Notes: generated by a model not told the origin, from the sequence alone. DNA of 64,000 bases from an uncultured Acidimicrobiia bacterium (GCA_963786955.1 CAWBAT010000005.1:1024001-1088000); one strand, 5' to 3'. Positions 46,155 to 57,113 are shown, numbered from the stretch's first letter. Made by a program: numbers and translations.

Positions 46155-47834
46155 ATGAGTGTCGACCGAGAGATCCTCGAAGTCGATGTTTTGTTCATTG
46201 GAGCAGGACCCGCCAGTTTGAGCGGAGCACTGCACTTGCAAAATCTGATCGATGGCCACAACCAGAATTTGCCGAGCGGTCAGGAAAAGCTTCGTCCGAG
46301 CATTGCGGTGATTGAAAAGGGACGTGAAATTGGCGCCCATTGCTTATCCGGGGCAATCCTTGATCCGCGGGCTTTGGAGGAACTGCTCCCTAACTACCGA
46401 GACCTGGGAGTCCCACTGGCGACACCTGTCACCCAGGATGACATCTATTATCTCACCCCATCCCGAAAAATTCGGTTTCCAATCATTCCTCCGCCTCTGG
46501 ACAACCAGGGAAATTACCTCATTTCCCTAAACCGGTTCGTTCAATGGCTAGGAGAAAAGGTAGCCGCAAAGGGGGTTGACCTCTTCCCAGGCTTTGCGGG
46601 TACCGATTTGATTTTTGATGGGGACCGGATTGTCGGCATTCGCACAGGTGACAGAGGGGTCGATAAGCAAGGGAAGCCAAAAGCTTCTTTCGAACCCGGC
46701 GTTGATATTATGGCCAAGGTGGTCGTTTTCGGGGAGGGAGTGCGCGGGTCTTTGACCAAGCAGTTAGTAGAGCGATTGAAACTAGATCAGGGAAAAGCTC
46801 CCCAGGTGTATGCCATCGGCGTCAAAGAGGTCTGGGAATTGCCCGTAGAATCCTCTCAAAAAGGGCATGTCATCCACACCCTCGGTTATCCCCTGAAGCA
46901 CAAGAACTACGGGGGAGGCTTCATCTATAACATGGGATCTCTTCTATCTGTCGGTCTGGTCATCGGTTTAGACTACGAAGATCCTGCATTGGACCCCCAC
47001 CTATGCTTCCAGCAATTCAAGACTCATCCCTTGATCACCGGAATGTTGAAAGGTGCAAAATTAGCGCATTACGGAGCCAAAGCCATTCCCGAAGGAGGTT
47101 ACTATTCCATCCCGAAAAGCTCAATGAACGGCGGACTTATCATCGGCGACAGCGCAGGACTACTGAACTCGCAGCGTCTCAAAGGAATCCACCTAGCTAT
47201 GAAATCGGGGCTGTTGGCGGCCGAGACTCTGCTGGAGGCCCTGTTGAAAAAGGATTTCAGTGAGGCGACGCTGGCAGGCTATGAACGCCGTGTCAAAGCA
47301 AGTTGGGTGGAGAAGGAATTGTTTCCGGTTCGAAATTTTCGTCAGGGGTTTGAGCATGGTTTGTTCTCCGGTGTCGTCAATGCTGGACTACAGAGCCTCA
47401 CGGGAGGCCGGGGGTGGAAAGATCCGCTTTTATCAAGAGCAGGGCATGAGCGCATGAGAAAGCTTATGGACGACGACCTTGCCCGCGCGACGGTTTTACC
47501 TCCAGGGGCCAATGGGGAGTTGGCTGTCAGCAAGGCCACAGATATCTATTTTTCCAGCATCAAGCATGAAGAGGATCAACCAACGCACTTATTGATTTCC
47601 GACTATGACATTTGTAATCAGCGCTGTAGGGGGGAATATGACAATCCTTGTGTACGCTTCTGCCCGGCCCATGTGTATGAGATGGTTGAGCGAGAGGATG
47701 GAAAGGGAAAACGGCTGCAGTTGAACCCCAGCAACTGCATTCACTGCAAGACTTGTGACATTATGGACCCTTACCAGATTATTACCTGGGTGCCTCCGGA
47801 AGGAGGCAGCGGTCCCAATTTTGTAAACCTCTAG
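46155..47834 (+). CDS. Electron transfer flavoprotein-quinone oxidoreductase
   Basis: GAGPA FAD motif, SGA, IPEGG, KGIHLAMKSG, and 4Fe-4S RFCPAHVYE...NCIHCKTCDI. Confidence 0.95.
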   Translation: MSVDREILEVDVLFIGAGPASLSGALHLQNLIDGHNQNLPSGQEKLRPSIAVIEKGREIGAHCLSGAILDPRALEELLPNYRDLGVPLATPVTQDDIYYLTPSRKIRFPIIPPPLDNQGNYLISLNRFVQWLGEKVAAKGVDLFPGFAGTDLIFDGDRIVGIRTGDRGVDKQGKPKASFEPGVDIMAKVVVFGEGVRGSLTKQLVERLKLDQGKAPQVYAIGVKEVWELPVESSQKGHVIHTLGYPLKHKNYGGGFIYNMGSLLSVGLVIGLDYEDPALDPHLCFQQFKTHPLITGMLKGAKLAHYGAKAIPEGGYYSIPKSSMNGGLIIGDSAGLLNSQRLKGIHLAMKSGLLAAETLLEALLKKDFSEATLAGYERRVKASWVEKELFPVRNFRQGFEHGLFSGVVNAGLQSLTGGRGWKDPLLSRAGHERMRKLMDDDLARATVLPPGANGELAVSKATDIYFSSIKHEEDQPTHLLISDYDICNQRCRGEYDNPCVRFCPAHVYEMVEREDGKGKRLQLNPSNCIHCKTCDIMDPYQIITWVPPEGGSGPNFVNL

Positions 47835-47879
47835 TCCTATTGACAGCCCATCTTCGGTGCCGTCTCGAAATCCTCCCTA

Positions 47880-48042
47880 GAGTAATGCGTTAATTATCGG
47901 GGGAATTTCTAGTAGGGCGCGCGCGCCGCGGACGGCCCGGCGGTCCGTCCCTACCCACTCAGCCGCTACAGAAGCGACAATCTCAAATCGTCACCGAAGG
48001 CATTGCCCTTACAGATTTCCCCCCGTAACTAACGCATTACTC
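47880..48042. mobile_element. MITE family B (163 bp) with internal GTAG REP-like hairpin
   Basis: ~30-bp TIRs GAGTAATGCGTTAATTATCGGGGGAATTTCT / AGATTTCCCCCCGTAACTAACGCATTACTC, CCTA direct repeat on both flanks, and internal GTAGGG...CCCTAC. Confidence 0.8.
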
Positions 48043-48059
48043 CCTAGACTATTTTGTTA

Positions 48060-48087
48060 TTGCTATTCTATCAATTACCGATATAAT
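48060..48087 (+). promoter_or_regulatory. Candidate sigma70 promoter for DEAD-box helicase
   Basis: TTGCTA-N16-TATAAT. Confidence 0.55.
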
Positions 48088-48354
48088 CACTGACCAGGGT
48101 TACATCTGCGTAGCAAATCCTCTCGGTTTATCTAACCTAGAAGTCTTCCTCCGCCGAATGTGCCAACCAATGTGGTAAGAATTCTGAGACTTCGTTGCAC
48201 TGTCTCTTTGCCCGAGCTGCAGAAAAGTTCTTACTCCTCCGATTGGCTGTGATCCTTCAACGCCGACAAAACTCTTAAACGAGGGCCACCTGCGCCCGGC
48301 GTTTTCAAAACACTTTACTTGGAATTCGAATAGATTTCCAATCATGGAGACATA

Positions 48355-49857
48355 ATGCCTTTTTCACAACTCGGCTTACAGCCTGAATTGGCCCGCGCCT
48401 TGAGCGATGCCAATTATCTTCGTCCCACCCCGATTCAATCTAAAGCCATCCCGGTGATCCTGGAAGGTAACGACGTGGTCGGCACCGCCCAAACCGGTAC
48501 CGGCAAAACAGCCGCTTTTCTTCTTCCCCTCTTGCAGCGGCTGGCGAGCCCTTCCCATAAGACACGGGGGCTCATCCTCACTCCCACCCGGGAACTCGCC
48601 ACACAAGTTGAGCTCTTCCTACGCAAGTACGGACGGTTCCTCAAATTGCGTTCCACCGCAATTTTTGGGGGAGTCCCTCAGAAACCGCAAGTACAGGCCC
48701 TGCGAAAGGGCGTGGACGTACTCGTCGCAACCCCGGGACGTTTGTTGGATTTGATCCAGCAACACTGCATTGATCTCTCCGCGGTTGAAATTTTTGTTCT
48801 AGACGAGGCGGATCGTATGTTGGACATGGGGTTTTTGCCGGATATCCAGAAGGTCGTCAAGCTTCTTCCGAAGCAGCGCCAGACGATTCTCTTCTCCGCC
48901 ACCATGCCTCAAGAAATCCGGGATTTAGCCTGCTCGTTGCAAAAGAATTCGGTTCTCGTTGAAGTCGCAAGACATCCGGAATCGGTGGCGGTCGTGGAGC
49001 AGAAATTTTTTCCGGTTCCCTCTCACTTAAAGGCGGATCTGCTCATGCATCTCCTCACCCGCGAGACCATGAAACCACTGCTTGTGTTCTCCAGAACCAA
49101 ACATGGCGCAGACCGGCTTCATTCCTTCTTGGGAAGCCATGGGATATCGTCGGCGCGCATCCACTCGGGGTTGACGCAAAGCCAACGCAAAGAGGCCATG
49201 GACGGGTTCCGGCAATCGCGTTGGCAAATCCTGATTGCGACTGACATCGCGGCTCGAGGAATTGATGTCCATGATATTTCGCATGTCATCAATTTCGATA
49301 TCCCGAATAATCCCGATGACTATACCCATCGCATTGGTCGCACCGGACGGGCCGAGAAGGCTGGAACGGCTTACACTTTCGTTAGCCCTGAAGAGGAAGC
49401 CTTTGCCCGGGCCATTGAGAAGTCCAGTCGGCGAAAAATTGAAAGAGTGCGATTGGAAGATTTTGATTATGGCGCCCCCCCCAAATCCAGGGGCTTGTCT
49501 CCACGCGCCCAACCACGAAATGACGCGGTCTCTCGCTTTCTTGCGCCCCAAAAGGAAAAAGAAAGTTCTCCCAAAGTATTTGACCGGGCAGCTCACGCCG
49601 TGCAAGGCCGGACGGGGCCGACGAGAAATGCGAGTTCTCCCTCTCATGGGAAGAAAGGCCAGCGGGATAACGCCCGTGGCCGCAGTCGAAATTCCAAAGA
49701 TGGGAAATCTAGCGCAAAAGAAGGATGGCTCGGGTTACCGAGTTCTGAGGAGCAACAGGAATTAAAACGGATCCGATTGAAGCTATTCGGTACAACCGGG
49801 GGAAACTCATTTCGCGAACGGCCTTCGTTCAAGAAGAATTCACGAGCCCGGTATTAG
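48355..49857 (+). CDS. DEAD-box RNA helicase (RhlE-like)
   Basis: AQTGTGKT, PTRELA, DEAD, SAT, ARGID and HRIGRTGR, plus a basic tail. Confidence 0.95.
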   Translation: MPFSQLGLQPELARALSDANYLRPTPIQSKAIPVILEGNDVVGTAQTGTGKTAAFLLPLLQRLASPSHKTRGLILTPTRELATQVELFLRKYGRFLKLRSTAIFGGVPQKPQVQALRKGVDVLVATPGRLLDLIQQHCIDLSAVEIFVLDEADRMLDMGFLPDIQKVVKLLPKQRQTILFSATMPQEIRDLACSLQKNSVLVEVARHPESVAVVEQKFFPVPSHLKADLLMHLLTRETMKPLLVFSRTKHGADRLHSFLGSHGISSARIHSGLTQSQRKEAMDGFRQSRWQILIATDIAARGIDVHDISHVINFDIPNNPDDYTHRIGRTGRAEKAGTAYTFVSPEEEAFARAIEKSSRRKIERVRLEDFDYGAPPKSRGLSPRAQPRNDAVSRFLAPQKEKESSPKVFDRAAHAVQGRTGPTRNASSPSHGKKGQRDNARGRSRNSKDGKSSAKEGWLGLPSSEEQQELKRIRLKLFGTTGGNSFRERPSFKKNSRARY

Positions 49858-49894
49858 TTTACGAGCGCTCAGATCCCTCCGCGCTCACCCGTTT

Positions 49895-50959
49895 TCATAG
49901 GATCAGCATACAGTCCCCATAGCTATAGAACCGGTAGCCTAAGAGAATGGCTTGGCGATAGGCTTCCCGAATCAACTCTGGGCCTGCAAAGGCAGAAACC
50001 AGCATCAGCAAAGTGGATCGAGGCAGGTGAAAGTTGGTGAGCAAGCCATTCACGCAACGAAAGGAAAACCCCGGATAGATAAATAGATTCGTTTCGCCCA
50101 CCTCCGGAACCATTTGGCCCCCATGTCTTAAGGCAATGAATTCCAGCGTCCGCGTTACGGTTGTCCCGACTGCGATGACCCGCCTTTTTTCGGCGATGGC
50201 GCATTGAATAAGATTGGCGGTTTCTAAAGTAACCTCGAAAGATTCCGGTTCCATCGAATGTTCTTCAAGTGTGTCACTACGGACTGGCTGAAATGTCCCT
50301 AGACCGACATGCAGGGTAATCTCTTGCCATTGGATTCCCTTGGCTCTAAGCCGATCAAACACGGCCGGAGTAAAGTGGAGACCTGCCGTCGGCGCGGCAA
50401 CAGCGCCACGCCTCTTGGCAAAAACTGTCTGATAACGGTTAATATCTTCTGCGGTATCCGGACGCGCAAGATACGGTGGCAAAGGCACATGTCCGAGTCT
50501 GTCGACCAAGGCTTCGAAGCTACCCTCAAAATCAAATTTTAGTTTGCGGATGCCGCGGAGACCGCGCTCGAGTACCGTACCCTCCAATTCCCCTTTTCCG
50601 AAACTTACCCTTTCTCCAATTCGCAGTTTGCGCCCCGGTTTTACTAACGCTTCCCATACTTTTTCTTCCACTTGCCTGACTAATAGAACCTCAATCTGGG
50701 CACTGCAAGAGCCGGCTTTCCCTTCCATTGCCGCAAAACCGAGCCTTCGCCCCAAAAGGCGGGCTGGGAAAACCTTGGTATTATTCAGCACGACGATATC
50801 GGAGCACTCCAGAAGGTCTGGAAAGTCAGAAAACAAATGGTGCGAGATCGAACCGGTGTTCCGGTGCAGCAGCATGAGTTTCGACTGGTCTCGGCTGGTT
50901 AGCGGGTAAGCGGCGATGCGTTCCGGGGGCAACTGAAAATCAAAATCGGAAACTCTCAC
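49895..50959 (-). CDS. queA: SAM:tRNA ribosyltransferase-isomerase
   Basis: PLPPY, RYQTVFA, AAPTAGLHFT, TLHVGLGTF, TNFHLPRSTL and RFYSYGD. Confidence 0.97.
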   Translation of the reverse strand: MRVSDFDFQLPPERIAAYPLTSRDQSKLMLLHRNTGSISHHLFSDFPDLLECSDIVVLNNTKVFPARLLGRRLGFAAMEGKAGSCSAQIEVLLVRQVEEKVWEALVKPGRKLRIGERVSFGKGELEGTVLERGLRGIRKLKFDFEGSFEALVDRLGHVPLPPYLARPDTAEDINRYQTVFAKRRGAVAAPTAGLHFTPAVFDRLRAKGIQWQEITLHVGLGTFQPVRSDTLEEHSMEPESFEVTLETANLIQCAIAEKRRVIAVGTTVTRTLEFIALRHGGQMVPEVGETNLFIYPGFSFRCVNGLLTNFHLPRSTLLMLVSAFAGPELIREAYRQAILLGYRFYSYGDCMLIL

Positions 50960-51018
50960 CAGGCAATCAAAACACAACCTCGTTTGGGGTTCAACATATC
51001 TGTGGTAAATTCAGCCCT

Positions 51019-52185
51019 ATGAGCAAGGATCGGGCAGTCATTTCTCTTAAGGGTCTGGAACGCTTGCAGGCAGGGCATTTGTGGATCTATCGGTCTGATG
51101 TTCTGGAGTGCGAAGCGTCCGCGGGAAGCATCGTGGCGGTTTACAATAAGAAGGGGCATTGCGTCGGAAGAGCTTTTTTTAGCGACCGCTCGCAGATTAG
51201 CTTGCGCTTCTTAAGCAGAGAAGATATCCCGATCAATCGCGAATTCTTCGAAAAGAGGCTTCTCCAGGCTTCCGAACTCAGGCAACGAGTCGTGAAAAAC
51301 AGTGAGGTCTATCGACTCGTTCATGCCGAAGCCGATGGGCTTCCGTCAATTATCGTTGATCGTTACGGGGATTTCCTGAGCATTCAGACATTGACACAGG
51401 GTTCAGACTCTGTGAAATCAATGCTCGTGGATCTGCTCGCCGATTTGTTTCACCCGACGGGAATTGTTGAACGTAATGATGGCAAGGTTCGCGAACTGGA
51501 AGGCTTGGACTTGATAAACTCAAGTTTGTACGGGGAAGTTCCTGCTGAAGTCTTGTCTATGGAAAATGGATTTAATTTTCGTTACCAACTGGCCGGTGGG
51601 CAAAAGACCGGGGCGTTTCTCGATCAACGAGAAAATAGAGCCCGAGCGAGTGAGTTTGCTTTTGGACGGGCGTTGGACTGTTTTTGCTATGAAGGCGGGT
51701 TTGCCGTCCAAATCGCTCGAAATTGTGAGGAAGTTGAAGCCCTGGATATTTCTGAAGATGCCGTTCGAAAGGCGGAGGCGAATGCCGAGCTCAACCAAGT
51801 CCACAATGTCCACTTCGAAGTTGAAAATGCCTTTGACCGGCTGAGGCTTCTCGATAACCTCAAAAGGCGATATGATACCATCATTCTTGATCCTCCTGCA
51901 TTTGCCAAGAATCGGAGCCACATGGATGCCGCCTTGCGAGGTTATAAAGAGATTAACCTCCGTGCCTTCCGGCTTCTCAATCCTGGGGGGTACCTCATTA
52001 CCTCTACTTGCTCCCAGCTCATTAATGAAGATACATTTCTGAATGTGCTTTCAGAAGCCTCTACCGACGCAAAACGAGTGGTTCAAGTGATTGAAAAAAG
52101 AACACAATCTAGGGATCATCCCATTTTGTTAACCATGCCAGAAACCTATTATCTTAAATGCATGATCGTCAGAGTAATTCACTGA
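51019..52185 (+). CDS. rlmI: RlmI-like 23S rRNA m5C methyltransferase
   Basis: PUA N-terminus GHLWIY, GQKTGAFLDQRENR, ILDPPAF, and ETYYLK. Confidence 0.88.
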   Translation: MSKDRAVISLKGLERLQAGHLWIYRSDVLECEASAGSIVAVYNKKGHCVGRAFFSDRSQISLRFLSREDIPINREFFEKRLLQASELRQRVVKNSEVYRLVHAEADGLPSIIVDRYGDFLSIQTLTQGSDSVKSMLVDLLADLFHPTGIVERNDGKVRELEGLDLINSSLYGEVPAEVLSMENGFNFRYQLAGGQKTGAFLDQRENRARASEFAFGRALDCFCYEGGFAVQIARNCEEVEALDISEDAVRKAEANAELNQVHNVHFEVENAFDRLRLLDNLKRRYDTIILDPPAFAKNRSHMDAALRGYKEINLRAFRLLNPGGYLITSTCSQLINEDTFLNVLSEASTDAKRVVQVIEKRTQSRDHPILLTMPETYYLKCMIVRVIH

Positions 52186-52259
52186 AAGGAATCATTCGTC
52201 ACTATCATTAAATAAATCAAATGTTTACGAAATAAGAAGAAAATTTTTCAATCGGTGAT

Positions 52260-52288
52260 TTGACAACCTTATACTCAGATTTTATTAT
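52260..52288 (+). promoter_or_regulatory. Sigma70 promoter of hsp20-clpB
   Basis: TTGACA-N17-TATTAT, followed by an AGGAGG RBS. Confidence 0.7.
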
Positions 52289-52323
52289 AACTCTGTACTA
52301 ATCATTAGTTAGGAGGAGATATC

Positions 52324-52776
52324 ATGACAATAGCCAAGTGGGAGCCACTAAGAGATTTGCTGACTTTGCAGGATCGAATGAATCGACTCTTTGACGATTC
52401 TGTAAGAGGGTTACGCCCGGGAGATGAGGGGCTAACTTCTGGGATATGGAGTCCGCCTGTTGATATCTATGAAACGGACAATGAAGTGATCTTAAAAGCT
52501 GAATTGCCTGAAGTGAATCAGAAAGATATCGACATTCAAATTGAGAACAATACGTTAACTCTCAAGGGAGAGCGGAAGTTCGAAAAGGAAACCAAAAAGG
52601 AGAATTTCCATCGCGTTGAGCGTTCTTACGGCGCGTTTTCCCGCTCCTTTACGCTCCCTAACGCGATCGATCAGGACAAGATCCACGCTGACTACAAGGA
52701 TGGTGTCCTGAAAATCTCGATGCCTAAACGTGAAGAGACCAAGCCAAAGCAAATCAAGGTTGCGTTAGATTCATAA
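52324..52776 (+). CDS. Hsp20/alpha-crystallin small heat shock protein
   Basis: PPVDIYET, AELP, ERSYGAFSRSFTLP and YKDGVL. Confidence 0.95.
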   Translation: MTIAKWEPLRDLLTLQDRMNRLFDDSVRGLRPGDEGLTSGIWSPPVDIYETDNEVILKAELPEVNQKDIDIQIENNTLTLKGERKFEKETKKENFHRVERSYGAFSRSFTLPNAIDQDKIHADYKDGVLKISMPKREETKPKQIKVALDS

Positions 52777-53053
52777 CATAATGGTGGATCCGGACGTTTT
52801 TCTTTAGCACGCAGACGAAGAGGGAGCTGTCTGTGAGATTCCATGCCAGGCCGCCGAGCTAACTTAGCCTTTAGCTCAGCAGAGTGGCGTAATGGCTTCG
52901 GAGGGGATGTGTGTTGAAATAGCCTGGAAACTGTTGTTTGGCCATTATTTCAAGCCCTCCAAATCAAAGCCAATTTGAGGGCAAGGGGCGGGCTTCTTTC
53001 GCCGCTGAGTTCTCCGGAAAAAGAGTCCTGGAAGATTGGAAAGGGGTTTTAGA

Positions 53054-55666
53054 ATGAATTTTGAAAAATTGACTTTGAAGGCCCAGGAAGCCGTTATCGA
53101 GGCCGAACGGCTAGCGGGCGAATTTTCAAACCCGCAGATCGAGCCGGAGCACCTCTTAAGGGCGCTACTCGTTCAATCTGAAGGCATCATCCTTCCGGTT
53201 CTCAACAAACTCGAGGTGTCGCAAGGGTCTTTTTTTCAAGCAGTTGAAGAATCCCTCTCGAAGCTCCCCAAAGTCGAGGGTGTCACGGGCAGGCCGATTT
53301 CGCCGAAATTAAATCGAGTGCTGGAAAATGCACTGAAACAGGCTGATCGCCTCAAAGATGAATACGTTAGCACGGAGCATCTGTTGCTCGCACTGGCAGA
53401 GATCAAAGACACTGCCGCCCAAGGGGTCCTTGCGACTCAGGGGATCACGACGGAGAAGGTTCTAAAGGTGTTGGTCGGCGTACGCGGTCATCAGCGAGTG
53501 ACCGATCAGAACCCCGAGAATAAGTATCAAGCTCTCGAGCGTTATGCTCGCAATCTCACCGATTTGGCTCGCCGAGGAAAATTAGACCCTGTCATTGGAA
53601 GAGACGATGAAGTTCGCCGGGTCATTCAAGTCCTCTCGCGCAGAACCAAGAATAACCCCGTATTGATCGGTGAACCGGGTGTCGGGAAGACAGCCATTGT
53701 GGAAGGTCTGGCACAACGGATCATCGCCGGGGATGTGCCTGAAAGCCTGAAACACAAGAGGTTGGTGGCACTGGACTTGGGTGCGATGATTGCCGGAGCC
53801 AAGTATCGCGGCGAATTTGAGGATCGTCTGAAGGCCGTTTTGAAAGAAATTGCCGAAGCTGAAGGGGAGATTGTTCTCTTCATCGACGAACTCCACACAT
53901 TGGTTGGCGCGGGGGGAGCGGAAGGGGCTGTCGATGCGTCGAACATGCTCAAGCCGGCTTTGGCGCGAGGTGAGTTACGTTGTATTGGTGCGACCACCCT
54001 CAACGAATATAAGAAGCATATTGAAAAAGATGCGGCTCTGGAACGGCGATTCCAGCAAGTCTATGTAGGCGAGCCCACTGTGGAGGACACAATTGCAATT
54101 CTGCGTGGCTTGAAAGAGCGCTACGAAGTGTATCATGGCATCAAGATCAAAGATTCTGCCATTGTCGCGGCTGCCACGTTATCCAATCGTTACATTTCGG
54201 ATCGCTTTCTGCCGGACAAAGCCATCGACCTGGTAGATGAAGCCGCCGCTTCATTGCGCATTGAAATCGATTCAATGCCCGTGGAAATCGACGAGGTGGA
54301 GCGCCGCATTACCCAGCTGGAAATTGAACGCCAGGCCTTAACGAAAGAACAAGATTCGTCTTCCCGCGAACGTTTGAAACTGCTGGAGGCGGAACTTGCT
54401 AACCTAAAAGAAAAATCGGGAGAGATGAAAGCCCGATGGCAGCATGAAAAAGAGGTGATCTCCAAGATTCAAGAGCTCAAGGAGAAGATTGAACAAAGCA
54501 AGCTGGAAGAACAGAAATATGAAAGGGAAGGGAACCTGGGCAAAGTTGCAGAGATCCGCTATGGGTCACAGGTTGATCTCAAACGGCAGTTGGATTCCGT
54601 CAACCAGAAATTGGCCGAGCTTCAACAAAATAGCCGGATGTTAAAAGAGGAAGTCGATGAGGAAGACATCGCCAAAGTCGTGGCCAAATGGACTGGAATT
54701 CCAGTCACCCGGATGTTAGAAGGAGAAATCGGGAAACTGGTTCACATGGAAGAGCGTTTAGAGACCCGGGTCGTCGGCCAAGGTGCCGCCCTCGCTTCCG
54801 TCTCAAACGCGATTCGCCGGAGCCGCTCGGGGCTGCAAGATCAGCAACGGCCGGTGGGGTCCTTTATTTTTCTCGGACCCACGGGGGTCGGGAAAACGGA
54901 GTTGGCGCGTGCGCTGGCGGAATTCCTGTTTGACAGCGAGAAAGCTATGATCCGGATGGACATGTCTGAGTACATGGAAAAGCACTCCGTCGCAAGGCTC
55001 ATCGGCGCACCTCCAGGATATGTCGGCTATGAGGAAGGTGGATTTCTGACTGAAGCCATCAAGCGGCGTCCCTATTCGGTGATTCTCTTCGATGAAATCG
55101 AAAAGGCCCACCCGGATGTCTTTAACATTCTCTTGCAGATTCTCGACGATGGGAGGTTAACGGACGGGAAGGGTCGAACGGTGAATTTCAAGAACACTGT
55201 CATCATCATGACTTCCAATATCGGGAGCACCTGGATTCAAGAGCTCGGCGAGAAGGATCCCGCGCAGATGCAGTCACGGGTGATGGATGCGCTACGCTCC
55301 ACGTTTAAACCTGAGTTCTTGAATCGGGTTGATGACATCATGATCTTCAATTCTTTAGGTCGTCACGAGATCAACCGGATCATCGATATTCAATTGCAGC
55401 GCCTGCAACGCCTGCTGGCAGAAAAGAAACTGTCCATCGAATTGACCGCTAAGGCAAGAGAGTTGCTCTTCAAAGAAGGGTACGATCCGACCTATGGAGC
55501 CCGACCCTTGAAAAGGGCTCTCCAGCATCAGATTCAGGACAAGCTGGCTCTTAAGATCTTGGACGGTGAATTCCTGCCGGGAGATCACATCTTGGTGGAT
55601 GCCGATTGGTCGGCGGGAAAGATGACTTTCAGCAAGACCTCGAGTGAGAAGCAAGTCCATGCTTGA
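53054..55666 (+). CDS. clpB: Chaperone ClpB
   Basis: Two AAA+ modules ([16 protein letters not shown]), coiled-coil middle domain, and GARPLKR. Confidence 0.97.
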   Translation: MNFEKLTLKAQEAVIEAERLAGEFSNPQIEPEHLLRALLVQSEGIILPVLNKLEVSQGSFFQAVEESLSKLPKVEGVTGRPISPKLNRVLENALKQADRLKDEYVSTEHLLLALAEIKDTAAQGVLATQGITTEKVLKVLVGVRGHQRVTDQNPENKYQALERYARNLTDLARRGKLDPVIGRDDEVRRVIQVLSRRTKNNPVLIGEPGVGKTAIVEGLAQRIIAGDVPESLKHKRLVALDLGAMIAGAKYRGEFEDRLKAVLKEIAEAEGEIVLFIDELHTLVGAGGAEGAVDASNMLKPALARGELRCIGATTLNEYKKHIEKDAALERRFQQVYVGEPTVEDTIAILRGLKERYEVYHGIKIKDSAIVAAATLSNRYISDRFLPDKAIDLVDEAAASLRIEIDSMPVEIDEVERRITQLEIERQALTKEQDSSSRERLKLLEAELANLKEKSGEMKARWQHEKEVISKIQELKEKIEQSKLEEQKYEREGNLGKVAEIRYGSQVDLKRQLDSVNQKLAELQQNSRMLKEEVDEEDIAKVVAKWTGIPVTRMLEGEIGKLVHMEERLETRVVGQGAALASVSNAIRRSRSGLQDQQRPVGSFIFLGPTGVGKTELARALAEFLFDSEKAMIRMDMSEYMEKHSVARLIGAPPGYVGYEEGGFLTEAIKRRPYSVILFDEIEKAHPDVFNILLQILDDGRLTDGKGRTVNFKNTVIIMTSNIGSTWIQELGEKDPAQMQSRVMDALRSTFKPEFLNRVDDIMIFNSLGRHEINRIIDIQLQRLQRLLAEKKLSIELTAKARELLFKEGYDPTYGARPLKRALQHQIQDKLALKILDGEFLPGDHILVDADWSAGKMTFSKTSSEKQVHA

Positions 55667-55803
55667 AGCACGCTCCGGTCATTTGACAGAAGGAACCGTC
55701 AATATTATTTATAGGGTCACCTAAAGCCTGGCGACGTTGTAGAAAACCTTAACTTCAGAAAAGAGTCACCGCAGGCAAATTAAACTCAAGGAGGTAAAAA
55801 CCT

Positions 55804-56298
55804 ATGTCTTTATTAGCTCGAAATCTGTTTGAGGATCTCTTCTCACTGCATCGGGAATTGGACACCCTGTTCGAACACAGCTGGCATTCCTTAGGGCGAG
55901 CCCTTCCCGAGCCCGCAGCTCATTGGGGAGGCTTCTTTCCGGAAATTGAAACCTACACGAAGGACGGAAGTGTGGTCTATCGGCTTGCGATTCCTGGAGT
56001 CGATCCCAAAGATGTTGAGCTTTCCATTGTAGGCGGGGAAATCGCAATCAAGGGGGAAAGGAAATTACCCGTCGAAGTTAAGGATGAGAACTGGCTGGTC
56101 CGAAATTTTCGATACGGCCGTTTTGAAAGAACCTTACGGTTGCCTGAAGGAGTCGACCTAGACAAGGTGAATGCCACTTTCCACAACGGACTGCTCGAGA
56201 TCACGGTGCCTGCCTCGATGGCCGCTCTGCCACGGAAGATCGAAATCAAGCGGGTTGAAAGCGGAGAAGAGAAACCCAGACTCAAAGCCAGCGCCTGA
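55804..56298 (+). CDS. Second Hsp20 small heat shock protein
   Basis: IPGVDPKDV, RYGRFERTLRLP and FHNGLLEITVP. Confidence 0.92.
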   Translation: MSLLARNLFEDLFSLHRELDTLFEHSWHSLGRALPEPAAHWGGFFPEIETYTKDGSVVYRLAIPGVDPKDVELSIVGGEIAIKGERKLPVEVKDENWLVRNFRYGRFERTLRLPEGVDLDKVNATFHNGLLEITVPASMAALPRKIEIKRVESGEEKPRLKASA

Positions 56299-56325
56299 TC
56301 ATTTTTTTCCAATTGGAAAGGATAG

Positions 56326-56361
56326 GGAGATTGGAGTGGCTGTTCCAATCTCCTTTTTTTT
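56326..56361 (+). terminator. Rho-independent terminator
   Basis: GGAGATTGGA-N8-TCCAATCTCC followed by T8. Confidence 0.85.
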
Positions 56362-56420
56362 GTGAGATTCTTATCGGGCCCGGAAATACCTCAAATTCTG
56401 CGTCAGAGGAAACAATCTGA

Positions 56421-57113
56421 ATGAAAGAAGCAAAGACTAAAGCGAAAGATGATCAACCCCAAGGAGAGAAAAAAGGACTGCCGATTCCTGTGAAGATTAT
56501 TCAACACGAAGAGGATCCCGTTCGCGTTACCGACAAACGGTTCTGGGTCCAGGATGGGGCTCAGGCAGCGGAGGAAACTCTGCCGTATTCTTTCAAACCA
56601 AGCTTTGTTGAAGAGCTGGAAAAAAAGCTTTCCGATTCGCAAAAGAAAATTGAAGAAGTATTGTCCTCATACAAAGAGGTCAAACAGGAGTCTGCAGCCG
56701 AAATTCAAAAGGCGAGAGAGAGAATCCAGAATGAATTTAACCGTCGCACCGCCAAGACAAAGTCCGATCTCGCCAGCAAATTCATCGATATCCTGGAAAA
56801 CTTCGAAAGGGCATTGGCCATTGCCAGCCAAAAGCATAGCTTTGATAGCCTCCTTGAGGGGGTACAGCTGATTCGAAATCAGTTTATTGCTGCCCTGGCC
56901 GAACACGACGTGACAGAGTTGAACGTGGAAGGGCAGCCCTTCAATCCTGAGTTAGCCGAGGCTGTTGGTGTCATTGACGTGGAAAGTCCCGAGCATGACC
57001 AAATGATCCTAGAAGTCGTCAACAAGGGATATCGCATGGGTGATCTCTTGATACGACCGGCAAAAGTCAAAATCGGACGTGCTACGGTCCCTGCCGATGA
57101 ACCTGGCCATTGA
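56421..57113 (+). CDS. grpE: Nucleotide exchange factor GrpE
   Basis: LENFERAL, GQPFNPELAEAV and KGYRMGDLLIRPAKVKI. Confidence 0.92.
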   Translation: MKEAKTKAKDDQPQGEKKGLPIPVKIIQHEEDPVRVTDKRFWVQDGAQAAEETLPYSFKPSFVEELEKKLSDSQKKIEEVLSSYKEVKQESAAEIQKARERIQNEFNRRTAKTKSDLASKFIDILENFERALAIASQKHSFDSLLEGVQLIRNQFIAALAEHDVTELNVEGQPFNPELAEAVGVIDVESPEHDQMILEVVNKGYRMGDLLIRPAKVKIGRATVPADEPGH

